Shown: positions 18,230-28,066, counted from the stretch's first letter. The stretch: DNA of 38,509 nt from Candidatus Methanoplasma sp. (GCA_031283015.1 JAITCQ010000010.1:1-38509), one strand, 5' to 3'. The notes: generated from the sequence alone by a model not told the origin. Numbers and translations: made by a program.

Positions 18230-19210
18230 TCACCCCGAAGTTGCCCTCTTCTCCCTCATCCTCAGGACGGCAGCCGACGTCAGGGAAAGGATCGGCAGTT
18301 CTATCAGCGGACCGACCACCAACACCAGGGCGATCAGCGGAGCCCCGGGGAACGCCGCCACGGCTATCGCCAAAGCAAGAGGGGAGTTCCTTGCCATGGT
18401 TGTGAAGGTAAGCGAAGTTATATCGTCGAAAGCGAACCCGAGTGCTTTTCCGACCGCTCTTGAGATAAAGAAATTGACGATAAAGAATATCCCCAGCGGA
18501 ATGAGCATCTGCACCAGCACCATTGGATCCTCAGTGATCAGGCTGCCGAAGGCGGCGAACATCGCCAAGACCGCCAGGCACAGGAATGCCAACTGCACAT
18601 TGTCCCCGTGCTTTTCCAGTACCGCATCCATCGAATCCTTCCTGCCTTTGGCCTTTATCACGACCTTTATCACATTCGCCGCGACGAACGGTATCACAAG
18701 CACGACGAATATGCTGACCAGTATCGAACCGATCTCGAAGGAGGATCCGGTACCCAGGAACAGGAAGAGATACACAGGGAGCAGCAGAACTTGCAGAACG
18801 AGGTTCAGCGGCAGTATCGACGTGCTCAGAGAGACGTTCCCTTTGGAAAGGCCGGTGAACACCAGATACCAGTCCGTGCAGGGCGTCGCCAGCAGCATCA
18901 GGAACCCTATCGTCATGTCCGCGGAACCGCCGAGGAACGCGTATCCCAGCAAGACCGCAAAAAATGGCGTCCAGACGAAGTTTATCATCACCGATGCGGA
19001 CGAAAAGCGAACATTCCTGAAGGACCGCCCGATCTCCCTTATATCCACTTTCAGAAAGATGACGAAAAGAAGCACCATCAGAAAAGGCTCTATCAGCCGG
19101 GAGGTATTCTCCGATACGAACGCTATCTGCCCGAGGGCGATCCCCGCCAATGCCGCGACGATTATCAGCACTGGTTGCATTTTTGTCAATGTTCCCAAAC
19201 CTGCGTTCAT
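18230..19210 (-). CDS. Acr3/BASS-family exporter (arsenite-resistance-like)
   Basis: NFVWTP, LLATPCTDWYLVFTGLSKGN, LPLNLVLQ, ARNSPLALAIA, VGPLIELP. Confidence 0.85.
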   Translation of the reverse strand: MNAGLGTLTKMQPVLIIVAALAGIALGQIAFVSENTSRLIEPFLMVLLFVIFLKVDIREIGRSFRNVRFSSASVMINFVWTPFFAVLLGYAFLGGSADMTIGFLMLLATPCTDWYLVFTGLSKGNVSLSTSILPLNLVLQVLLLPVYLFLFLGTGSSFEIGSILVSIFVVLVIPFVAANVIKVVIKAKGRKDSMDAVLEKHGDNVQLAFLCLAVLAMFAAFGSLITEDPMVLVQMLIPLGIFFIVNFFISRAVGKALGFAFDDITSLTFTTMARNSPLALAIAVAAFPGAPLIALVLVVGPLIELPILSLTSAAVLRMREKRATSG

Positions 19211-19340
19211 CGCGTCACAGCCCGGGGATTGGGATTGCTGGTAAATAAAGTATGCCCGGGATATCGACGGATAAGCATTCCGCGGTGAGACTTTTTGCGG
19301 ATGGTGCGGAGAGGATCCTTATATGGAAAAGATTAGAAAC

Positions 19341-19381
19341 TTTTATATCTCAGAACGATATTTGAATAATTGCTCAAATAT
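19341..19381 (+). promoter_or_regulatory. TATA box plus ArsR/SmtB-type operator
   Basis: TTTTATAT at 19341-48, followed by the inverted repeat ATATTTGA-ATAATTGC-TCAAATAT (19358-81) over the expected transcription start. Confidence 0.75.
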
Positions 19382-19387
19382 TCAAAT

Positions 19388-19750
19388 ATGGTGATTCCAT
19401 TGACGAACAACAACGACCACCGCAGAGAGGAACACGACAAGATCCTGAAGGATGTCGGCCTCCGCATGCCGGACGAGAACACCGCACACGAGATGTCGGA
19501 ACTATTCAAGGTCCTTTCCGATCCCACCCGTCTGAAGATACTATGGACGATGAAGGACGGGGACATCTGCGTCTGCTGCATATCCGATATCCTTGGCATG
19601 TCGGTGTCGGCGGTGTCGCACCAGCTGAAAACGCTCAGACAGGCGCACCTTGTAAAAACGAGAAGGGACGGCAGGAACATCTACTACTCACTGGACGACC
19701 ATCACGTCAGAACGCTCTTGGATATTACGCTGGAACATATGAGGGAATGA
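19388..19750 (+). CDS. ArsR/SmtB metalloregulator (CadC/CzrA-like)
   Basis: FKVLSDPTRLKIL, DICVCC (alpha3 site), SAVSHQL, LDDHHV...EH (alpha5 site). Alternative TTG start at 19400 after GGTGA. Confidence 0.92.
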   Translation: MVIPLTNNNDHRREEHDKILKDVGLRMPDENTAHEMSELFKVLSDPTRLKILWTMKDGDICVCCISDILGMSVSAVSHQLKTLRQAHLVKTRRDGRNIYYSLDDHHVRTLLDITLEHMRE

Positions 19751-19974
19751 AGATGAGAACTGTATACAGATTGGAGAACCTCGGCTGCGCCTCATGCGCG
19801 GCGAAGATGGAGACCGCAATAAGCAAGATAGACGGCGTTGCGTCGGCGAAGATAGTTTTCATGACCCAGCGGCTGACAGTGGAGGCCGATGAGTCGAAAA
19901 TGTCCGAGATCGAGCCGAAGATTGAACTCGCCGTAAAGAAGATCGAATCGGACGTCAAACTGAGAAAGGTGTAA
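19747..19974 (+). CDS. Stand-alone heavy-metal-associated (HMA) domain protein
   Basis: MKMRTVYRLENLGCASCAAKME (GCxxC motif). ATGA overlap with arsR. Confidence 0.88.
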   Translation: MKMRTVYRLENLGCASCAAKMETAISKIDGVASAKIVFMTQRLTVEADESKMSEIEPKIELAVKKIESDVKLRKV

Positions 19975-19976
19975 GA

Positions 19977-21866
19977 TTGTTCGGATCGGTCGCGATCATA
20001 CGGATCGTTGTCTCCGGCATACTGCTGGGAATAGGTATACTTGCGGATATTGATGAGACGGTCAGGCTGATCGTCTTCGCTTCGTCATACGTCGCGGTCG
20101 GATATCCCGTGTTCGTGCGTTTTCTCAAAGCGGTCTACCACAGGCAGCCTTTTGATGAGAATTTCCTGATGACCGTGGCGTCCCTGGGCGCTTTTGCCAT
20201 AGGGGAGGCGCCGGAAGGCGCCGCCATACTGCTTTTCTATCAGGTCGGCATGCTTTTCGAAGATTACGCCGTAGACCGTTCGAGGCGGTCCATCTCATCG
20301 CTGACAGACCTCCTGCCTGAGAGCGTCAATCTTCTGAAGGAGGGGGAGGTGACCGAATCGGAGCCGGAGGATGTGCGTATAGACGACCTCATCCTTATCA
20401 GGCCGGGAGAGAGGATCCCTCTCGACGGGATAGTTGTCGAAGGATCATCAATGGTGGACACCTCGTCCATAACGGGGGAGTCCGTTCCGAGAAGGGTCTC
20501 CGCGGGGGATGCCGTGCTGAGCGGCTGCATCTCCGTCAACGGCGTCCTTACCGTACGCGTAACGTCCGTTTACTCCGATTCGACCGCTTCCCGCATCATC
20601 GGCATGATAGAGGACGCATACGGGGCAAAATCCAGATCGGAGAATTTCGTCACGAAGTTCGCCAGGTACTACACCCCGGCGGTGGTCCTTTCCGCCATCC
20701 TGCTGGCATTTTTGCCCCCGCTGATATTGGGGGATCCGTTCGAAGGATGGATATACAAAGCGCTCACGTTCCTTGTGATCTCCTGCCCCTGTGCATTGGT
20801 CATATCGATACCGCTGGCGTTCTTCGGAGGCATAGGCGGCGCCTCTCGCATGGGGATACTTGTCAAAGGAGGCAATTACTTAGAGGCCCTGGCGGGCGTG
20901 GACACCGTGGCGTTCGATAAAACGGGCACGCTGACGGAGGGGACCTTCAAAGTGGAGAGGATAATCCCGCAGGGGATAGAAGAAAGAGACCTTCTGAGAC
21001 TGGCCGCCCATGCGGAGTTCCATTCCAACCATCCGATCGCAGCGAGCATAAAGAAAGCGTACGGCGGGGAGATAGACGGATCGATCGTCCGCAACGCGGA
21101 AGAGACCGCGGGCGGCGGCGTGGCGGCCGAGGTCGACGGGCACACGGTGTTGGCGGGGAACGAGTCCTTCCTACTGAGGAACGGAGTGGAGTTCGAAAGG
21201 CCCGACGTATTCGGGACGGTGGTGTATGTCAGCGTCGACGGCGGATACAAAGGGTGCTTTATGATATTCGACCGTATAAGAGAGGACTCCAAACGCGCGG
21301 TGGCGATGCTCAAGGATGCCGGAATAAAAGATATCGCCATGCTCACCGGCGACATCGGGGGGGCGGGGGAGTACGTAGCGGGAACGCTCGGCATCGACCT
21401 GGTATATTCCGAACTGCTTCCGTCTGATAAGATCGGGATCGTCGAAAATTTGCTTTCAGAAGGGAGGAGCGTCGCATTCGTGGGGGACGGGATCAACGAC
21501 GCCCCGTCCTTGGCTCGTTCCGATGTCGGGATCGCAATGGGCGCCATGGGATCGGACGCGGCGATCGAGGCCGCAGACATAGTGATAATGGACGACATGC
21601 CGTCGAAGGTGCCGATTGCTATCAAGATAGCAAAGAAGACCAGATCGATCTCGATCGAGAACATCGTGTTCGCGCTCGGCGTCAAAGCGCTGTTCCTGAC
21701 ATTGGGTGCTCTGGGATACATCACGCTGGTGGAGGCCGTGTTCGCGGATGTGGGCGTCGCGGTCATAGCGATACTGAACTCCATACGGACGCTGAGGATA
21801 TCGAGACTGATGTCCGAATTGAAAGTACCAGAGTCTGAATGTGCGTCTGAGATCAAAGAGAAATGA
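19977..21866 (+). CDS. cadA: P1B-type Cd/Zn/Co-exporting ATPase
   Basis: TGES, SCPCAL, DKTGTLT, SNHP, MLTGD, GDGINDAP, FADVG. Confidence 0.93.
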   Translation: MFGSVAIIRIVVSGILLGIGILADIDETVRLIVFASSYVAVGYPVFVRFLKAVYHRQPFDENFLMTVASLGAFAIGEAPEGAAILLFYQVGMLFEDYAVDRSRRSISSLTDLLPESVNLLKEGEVTESEPEDVRIDDLILIRPGERIPLDGIVVEGSSMVDTSSITGESVPRRVSAGDAVLSGCISVNGVLTVRVTSVYSDSTASRIIGMIEDAYGAKSRSENFVTKFARYYTPAVVLSAILLAFLPPLILGDPFEGWIYKALTFLVISCPCALVISIPLAFFGGIGGASRMGILVKGGNYLEALAGVDTVAFDKTGTLTEGTFKVERIIPQGIEERDLLRLAAHAEFHSNHPIAASIKKAYGGEIDGSIVRNAEETAGGGVAAEVDGHTVLAGNESFLLRNGVEFERPDVFGTVVYVSVDGGYKGCFMIFDRIREDSKRAVAMLKDAGIKDIAMLTGDIGGAGEYVAGTLGIDLVYSELLPSDKIGIVENLLSEGRSVAFVGDGINDAPSLARSDVGIAMGAMGSDAAIEAADIVIMDDMPSKVPIAIKIAKKTRSISIENIVFALGVKALFLTLGALGYITLVEAVFADVGVAVIAILNSIRTLRISRLMSELKVPESECASEIKEK

Positions 21867-22360
21867 CCCCTCCTTCAAACGCTGCGGGACCGATAATTGT
21901 CCTATGAGTGTGGATTTAAGGCAGCAGTTGAATATTCTTTCGGCAGGGATTAACGGTCCCCGGAGGGACCGGATCTGTAAAGTGGATCGGACGTGCATCA
22001 CATATTACGGATCTTTGAGAAAGATCCAAAGGATCAACCCCGCAATCCATAGGCATATGACGACCGGGCCATTGCGCTGTCGGGTTGTTATAAAAACACC
22101 TCTTTGCCCGATGGTCTCGGGTTCGCCGTCTGTCGGAAGACACCGAACCCGGGCTTCTCATCCAACGGCTGCCGCTCTATTCTCACATTTATCGGGGGGG
22201 TCTCCGAATTGGCCGAAAGTGGGAATCCATATTGTTCAAAAAAGGTATTCGGGTATCCGAATACCAACAAAAACGGCAGAATGAGCCCTCCGGACCGCGG
22301 CCGTTCTTCCTGACGGGTACCTGCACAAGAATCAAGTAATCATCCGCGAATTAGGGTACT

Positions 22361-23773
22361 ATGACCGAAAAAAAGAGCGAGGGGCAGAAATTGGAGGAAA
22401 AGCTTCTGATGAGACCCAAGAACCTCGGGGAGACCGACGGGTCCCTTCTCGACAAAGCCATGGAATTCTGCGAAGAGTACAAAAGGTTCCTTTGCGGCAA
22501 AACGGAAAGGGAGGTACTTGATCATGCCGTCCCTATTCTGAAAAAGAAAGGATATAAAGAGTTCCAGATCGGGAAGAAATACGCTCCGGGGAACAAGTTC
22601 TACATGAATAACAGGGACAAAGCCCTCATCATGGTAACAGTGGGAAAAAGGCCGGTGGCGGACGGCCTGAGGATCGGGGTGAGCCACACCGACAGCCCCA
22701 GGCTCGATCTCAAACCAAACCCGCTCTTCGAGGACACCGACATGGCGTACCTCAAAACGCACTATTACGGCGGAATAAAGAAGTATCAGTGGGCGGCCGT
22801 CCCGCTGTCGCTGCACGGCGTGGTCTCCCTTATCAGCGGGAAGACTGTGAAGGTGGTCATCGGAGAGGATGAGAACGATCCGGTATTCTGCGTGACGGAC
22901 CTGCTTCCGCACCTTGCGATGAACCAGATGAAGAAAACGGCGGCGGAGGTCATCGAGGGGGAACAGCTGAACATACTCGTGGGGTGCTGGCCGTTCAAGG
23001 ACGAGAAGGTGTCCAGCAAAGTGAAGCTGAACATAATGAACATCCTCTTCAAGAAATACGGCATAACCGAGAAGGATTTCCTCACTGCGGAGCTCTGCGC
23101 CGTACCCGCGTTCAAACCGATCGACGTTGGCCTCGACCGATCGATGGTTGGGGCGTACGGTCAGGACGACAGCGCGTGCGCGTTCGCCGGCTTCATGGCG
23201 GAGCTCGACTGCAAAGACCCGGAGTTCACCACCGTCACCATCTTCGCCGACAAGGAGGAAACGGGCTCGGACGGGAACACCGGCATGAGGTCGTTCTTCT
23301 TCAGGGATTTCTTGGAGGACTTCGTATCCGCCTACGGGCTTCAGGCGCGCCATGTGCTGAAGAGATCGGTATGTTTATCGTGCGACGTCAACGCCGCCGT
23401 GGACCCCGCCTTCGGAGATGTGTTCGAAAGGAACAACTGCTCCTTCCTGAACCGCGGGCCGGTTGTATCCAAATACACCGGCAGCAGGGGGAAGTATTCG
23501 ACCAACGATGCCTCGGCGGAGACAATGGGCTTCCTCAGGAGGATCCTGGACGAGGCGGAGGTCCCGTGGCAGGTCGGAGAGCTGGGGAAGGTGGACATCG
23601 GAGGCGGCGGCACCATCGCGGCTGACATATCCGTTCATAACTTGGACACTGTGGATATCGGGGTTCCGGTGCTGTCAATGCACTCGCCGTTCGAGATCAC
23701 CTCAAAGACCGACGTGTACCTTCTGTACAGAGCGGTGTTGGCATTCTACAGCAGCAAACTTGAGAAGGAATGA
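22361..23773 (+). CDS. M18-family aminopeptidase
   Basis: SHTDSPRLDLKP, HYYGGIKKYQW, YGQDD, DKEETGS, DVNAA, GGGGTIA, LSMHSP. Confidence 0.92.
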   Translation: MTEKKSEGQKLEEKLLMRPKNLGETDGSLLDKAMEFCEEYKRFLCGKTEREVLDHAVPILKKKGYKEFQIGKKYAPGNKFYMNNRDKALIMVTVGKRPVADGLRIGVSHTDSPRLDLKPNPLFEDTDMAYLKTHYYGGIKKYQWAAVPLSLHGVVSLISGKTVKVVIGEDENDPVFCVTDLLPHLAMNQMKKTAAEVIEGEQLNILVGCWPFKDEKVSSKVKLNIMNILFKKYGITEKDFLTAELCAVPAFKPIDVGLDRSMVGAYGQDDSACAFAGFMAELDCKDPEFTTVTIFADKEETGSDGNTGMRSFFFRDFLEDFVSAYGLQARHVLKRSVCLSCDVNAAVDPAFGDVFERNNCSFLNRGPVVSKYTGSRGKYSTNDASAETMGFLRRILDEAEVPWQVGELGKVDIGGGGTIAADISVHNLDTVDIGVPVLSMHSPFEITSKTDVYLLYRAVLAFYSSKLEKE

Positions 23774-23845
23774 GCTTCGGCCCGTTCCTCTTCTTTTGCC
23801 CCAGGTCCGAGGTCCGTTCCCGGAATGGGGCAGAACCCTCCCCCC

Positions 23846-23862
23846 CATATTCCATTAAAAGT
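23846..23862 (+). repeat. 17-bp direct repeat, copy 2 (CATATTCCATTAAAAGT)
   Basis: Identical to 12480-12496. Confidence 0.85.
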
Positions 23863-24002
23863 CCTAAAAACTTTTTTCGGAAATTTTGGGATAATTTGAG
23901 CACCGCCGCCCGCGGGGGCGTGCGTTCCCCAGCCTGCGCCGATTGGTTTATATTTTTAGCATCTACATACATCTATATAGATTAAAGAGAGGGGAGAATA
24001 TT

Positions 24003-27000
24003 TTGACAGCGGACAACAGATTCAGAAAACAGGCCTTGTCGGCGATGGTGGTCCTGGCATTGCTGATTACGGCGGCTACGGCATGTCTCGGAGCGCCGGT
24101 CTCGGACGCCGAACCAACGGAGCCAGCCCTGATGGTCAAGAACGGGGACGATAGCGGGAACGACTCCCTGCGCGATGTGATCGAGCACGCAAGCAACGGC
24201 GACGTCATAAGGTTCGACCCGAGCGTGACCGCTGTCACTTTGGAAAGCGGGATCTCATTCGGTCAGGAGAACATCACCATAGACGGCGGAAGCGGCGTGA
24301 CCATAACAAAAGATGCGGCAGACACCTTCCGCCTGCTTAACTGCACCGCGGCCGGAGGCACGCTGACGCTGAAGGGCCTCACCATCGAGAACGGATATGC
24401 CGTCGGCATCGGCGTCACCGGCAACGGCGGCGGGGTGCTGAGCACAGGCGATATCCTGTTGGAGAGCTGCGTGTTCCTGAATAACCGATCGGAATTGTTC
24501 GCCGGGGCGTGCGGCACGTACGGCAACATTGTCGCGGTCGGGTGCACGTTCACGGGCAACTCGACAGCCTTTGTCGGCGGTGGAGTATATGCGAACGGTA
24601 CGGTCACCCTGACCGGGTGCACGTTCACGGGCAACACTTCGGCGAACAACGGCGGCGGGGTATATTCGAACAGTACAGTCACTTTGACCGAATGCACATT
24701 TATCGACAATACGTCGGACGGAGACGGCAGCGGGGTGTACGCGACAGAGAACATCACTCTGGACGGATGCGGATTCCGGAACAACGTCTCCCCCGGCGGC
24801 ATCGCTTATTCCAGCGGTGGAAGCATCGCCGCCGACAACACCAGCTTCTTTGCGAACACGATCACCGGCAACGACAGAGGCATAGTGCGCGTATTGGGGA
24901 CCGCAACCCTGCGCCAATGCACGTTCACCGGCAATATGATGGCCGCATCCTCCGGATACAACGTACATGCGGGGTCCGTGTCGATCCAGAACTGCCTTAT
25001 GACGCAGGACGGCCTGACAGGTAACAGCAACCGGACGATCACCGGCAACAACAGGCTGGGCACCGGTCCGAACGACTACACCGCATGGTTCGGATCGAAC
25101 ACCCTAACATACAATTACATAATGCCTGTACCGGGCGCCGCGGGCGGCGCAGCGGTGATCTCCGGCCTTGAGAAGGATGCGGCAGGCGGCATCCGCGGGA
25201 GCGCGGGAGGGCCCTGCCTCTACGGGGCGGTCGACCTTACGGCTCAAAGCTGGATGGTCACTAACAGCAACGACGCCGGGGCAGGGTCGCTCCGAAGCTG
25301 TGTGTATATGGCGGAAAACTACGACACCGCTCCCCTGCCCGATCTGCGCGTGGTGTATTTTGACGCTGTCGACACCGTTTCCGGCACAAGTGCGTTCGAT
25401 ATCAAGATAAACAGCGAGATCAGTTTCTCTGAGAACATTTTGATCTACGGGAGATTGGACGGCATCAACAACCCCGAGATAACGGTGGACGCATTCTTGG
25501 CATGTCGCGTATTCTGGTATGACGGGACCGGGAATGCGTACTTCTACGGCATGAATATCAATAACGGGTATGATCAAAGATTCTCCTACGGCGGCGGAGT
25601 GTATGCGTACTCAAGCGAGTCCGCGATCACTCTGAAGGACTGCGCGCTCATGGGCAACACCGCAAGCTACGGCGGCGGGGTGTTATCGAACGGCAACATC
25701 ATCTTGGTTGGGTGCAAATTCATAGGCAACGTCGCAAACTACGGCGGCGGGGTGTACTTAGCGCAAGACATCACCCTGGACGGCTGTACATTCATCCGTA
25801 ACACAGCGACAGACCACGGCGGCGGGATGTATACGTTCGGCAACGCGACCGTGACCGACAGCACGTTCATCGGGAATTACTCGGGCGACGGCGGCGGGAT
25901 GTATACGTTCGGCGAAGCGACCGTGACTGGCTGTACGTTCAGTGAGAACAGGACCTTCTACAACGGCGGCGGGATGTATTCAAGGGGCATTGCCGTCATT
26001 ACGGACTGCAGCTTTACCGACAACTTCGTATACAACAACGGCGGCGGGGTGTATGTGTCCAGATCATCCGTTGTTACACAGTGTGAGTTCATAGACAACA
26101 CAAGCAACAACGGCGGAGGGATGTATGCGATGAACGGTTCCACCATCACGGACTGCACGTTCATAGGCAACAGTTCGCGCTACGGCGGCGGGCTGGCGAC
26201 CGAGGAGGCCGTCCTGACCGGCTGTACGTTCATAGGCAACTCGGCAATCTCCCTCGGCGGCGGGGTGTATGTATTCTACAATGAATTGTTCTTCCCCCCG
26301 ACCGTGACCGTGACCTTGGAGGACTGCGTCTTCACCCGCAACTCGGCGGAGAAAGGCAGCGCCGTGTGCGCTTACGAATCCCTGTTCTTGATGATGATCG
26401 ACTGCACCGTGTCCGAGAACACAACCATCTTCTTGGAAAGCGGCGCCGTCGACTGCGCCGCAGAGACCTATCTCTTCCACTGCACGGTGACCAGCAACAA
26501 CGGCGCAGGCGCCTATGCAGGCGAGGGGATATCCGCATATCTTTACAACTGCATCGCCGCCGGCAATATCGAGCTTTCCGTGTTCATGCCTTTCCAGATA
26601 AAGGGGGAAGGCATATTCGACCTCTCGTTCGGGAACCTTGTGGAAGGAGAGAACATACCGGGCTCGTCGCCCGCGACGAAGGCTTCCTACAGACAGGTGT
26701 TCGGATTGAACGTCTTCGATCCCGAAACGGGCACGCACAAGGTCCTGAGCAACGGCATCGCAGCAGGCAAAGCAACGGCGGTCACCGCCGCCGTGCTATC
26801 GGCCACCGGCCTCAGTACAGAGCAGCGGGCCGATGCGCTCGCCGCACTTGCCAGCGATCAGACGGGCGCCGCGCGCCCGTCGTCCGTCACCTACGGCGCG
26901 GTGGAAGCTTCGGAGAACACGCTTGACAGCCTTATTGTCACAACGCAGCCGATGAAGACGGACTATTTCACCGGGAACACCATCGATCTGACGGGAACAA

Positions 27001-28055
27001 TGCTCAGCCTTACCTATTCTAACGGTGAGGAGGATGTAGACTATAACGAAGCGGGGGTGACCAACAGTTCCGCAAGCGTGAACATGAATGCAATAGGCAG
27101 CTATACGATCAGCTTCACATTCTTAGGGAGGACCACCCCCTCGGGATACGGGGCGAATATTGTCGTGATAGCTAAACCCACCACTTTGACAACGATCTCC
27201 GCGTCCCCGATGTCGCCTCAGCCCTACGGCACGGCCGTCACCGTCACGGCCACGGTATCTTCCGCATCCCTTGAGGTCCTGACCGGCACCGTCAGTTTCT
27301 TTGACGGGGGGGTCCTGTTGGGAACGGCGGCACTCGCAGACGGCACTGGGTCAATAATTCTCTCCAGCCTAACCGTCGGTACCCACTTATTATCGGCGGC
27401 GTACATCGGGAACGACAGCTTTGGTGGATCGGGGAGTTCAGTGATCAGCTACAGAATCAACGGCGGAGTTTCGGTACCAGCGCTCGCCATCGACGGCGGC
27501 AATGTCGTCAAGGTGTACGGCGACCCTGACTTCACCCTTACCGCAAGAGACGGCCCCGCGGGCGCTGCGGTATGGACAAGCAGCCACCCCGAACTTGTGA
27601 GCGTGGATCCGAACACTGGCGTGGTGACCATCAGAGGCGCGACCGGCGATACCGTTGTGAAAATAACCGCCTCAAAGTCCGGTTCCTCCGCATCGGTAAC
27701 GGTGACGGTGAACAAAAAACCAGTGACGGTAACGGCCGACAACAAAGAAAAGCGCGCCGGCGAAGACGATCCGCTCCTCACATATACGGTGGACCCGGAG
27801 CCTCTCGCCAGGGATGTGCTGACCGGCTCCCTCAGATACACTGGGAAGGACCCCGGAACATACGATATAGTCGAGGATATTTCATTTGATTTCGACCCCA
27901 ATTATGAAGTGACGTTCGTCAAAGGGACGATGACCATCCTCGACGGCGACCGGACGCCGTGGTTGTGGATAGCTATCATCTCAGCGGCGATATGCGTGCT
28001 GATCGCGGCGACCGCAATGCTGTATACTAGAGGGCACAAAGCGGGAAACAATTAA
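24003..28055 (+). CDS. Large membrane-anchored adhesin-like protein: parallel beta-helix (Pmp-like GGG/FxxN) repeats, Ig-like and MBG-like domains
   Basis: Signal peptide (RFRKQALSAMVVLALLI), many CTFxGNxxxxGGGVY repeats, TGTVSFFDGG...LTVGTH (Ig-like), VTADNKEKRAGEDDP (MBG-like), C-terminal TM plus basic tail. TTG start at 24003 after GGGGAG. Confidence 0.88.
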   Translation: MTADNRFRKQALSAMVVLALLITAATACLGAPVSDAEPTEPALMVKNGDDSGNDSLRDVIEHASNGDVIRFDPSVTAVTLESGISFGQENITIDGGSGVTITKDAADTFRLLNCTAAGGTLTLKGLTIENGYAVGIGVTGNGGGVLSTGDILLESCVFLNNRSELFAGACGTYGNIVAVGCTFTGNSTAFVGGGVYANGTVTLTGCTFTGNTSANNGGGVYSNSTVTLTECTFIDNTSDGDGSGVYATENITLDGCGFRNNVSPGGIAYSSGGSIAADNTSFFANTITGNDRGIVRVLGTATLRQCTFTGNMMAASSGYNVHAGSVSIQNCLMTQDGLTGNSNRTITGNNRLGTGPNDYTAWFGSNTLTYNYIMPVPGAAGGAAVISGLEKDAAGGIRGSAGGPCLYGAVDLTAQSWMVTNSNDAGAGSLRSCVYMAENYDTAPLPDLRVVYFDAVDTVSGTSAFDIKINSEISFSENILIYGRLDGINNPEITVDAFLACRVFWYDGTGNAYFYGMNINNGYDQRFSYGGGVYAYSSESAITLKDCALMGNTASYGGGVLSNGNIILVGCKFIGNVANYGGGVYLAQDITLDGCTFIRNTATDHGGGMYTFGNATVTDSTFIGNYSGDGGGMYTFGEATVTGCTFSENRTFYNGGGMYSRGIAVITDCSFTDNFVYNNGGGVYVSRSSVVTQCEFIDNTSNNGGGMYAMNGSTITDCTFIGNSSRYGGGLATEEAVLTGCTFIGNSAISLGGGVYVFYNELFFPPTVTVTLEDCVFTRNSAEKGSAVCAYESLFLMMIDCTVSENTTIFLESGAVDCAAETYLFHCTVTSNNGAGAYAGEGISAYLYNCIAAGNIELSVFMPFQIKGEGIFDLSFGNLVEGENIPGSSPATKASYRQVFGLNVFDPETGTHKVLSNGIAAGKATAVTAAVLSATGLSTEQRADALAALASDQTGAARPSSVTYGAVEASENTLDSLIVTTQPMKTDYFTGNTIDLTGTMLSLTYSNGEEDVDYNEAGVTNSSASVNMNAIGSYTISFTFLGRTTPSGYGANIVVIAKPTTLTTISASPMSPQPYGTAVTVTATVSSASLEVLTGTVSFFDGGVLLGTAALADGTGSIILSSLTVGTHLLSAAYIGNDSFGGSGSSVISYRINGGVSVPALAIDGGNVVKVYGDPDFTLTARDGPAGAAVWTSSHPELVSVDPNTGVVTIRGATGDTVVKITASKSGSSASVTVTVNKKPVTVTADNKEKRAGEDDPLLTYTVDPEPLARDVLTGSLRYTGKDPGTYDIVEDISFDFDPNYEVTFVKGTMTILDGDRTPWLWIAIISAAICVLIAATAMLYTRGHKAGNN

Positions 28056-28066
28056 AAACGATCTTC

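Noticed and set aside
19972-19979. Possible frameshifted HMA-CadA fusion
   Set aside because: Clean TAA and a separate TTG start, with no slippery site. Stand-alone HMA genes before cadA are a known arrangement.
21841-22313. Short ORFs in the cadA-peptidase gap
   Set aside because: No motifs, SD or codon pattern like the real genes; treated as non-coding.
24400-26300. Regularly spaced GGCGGCGGG..GTAT repeats resembling an array
   Set aside because: They are in-frame coding repeats of the beta-helix (GGGxY), not CRISPR or a non-coding array.
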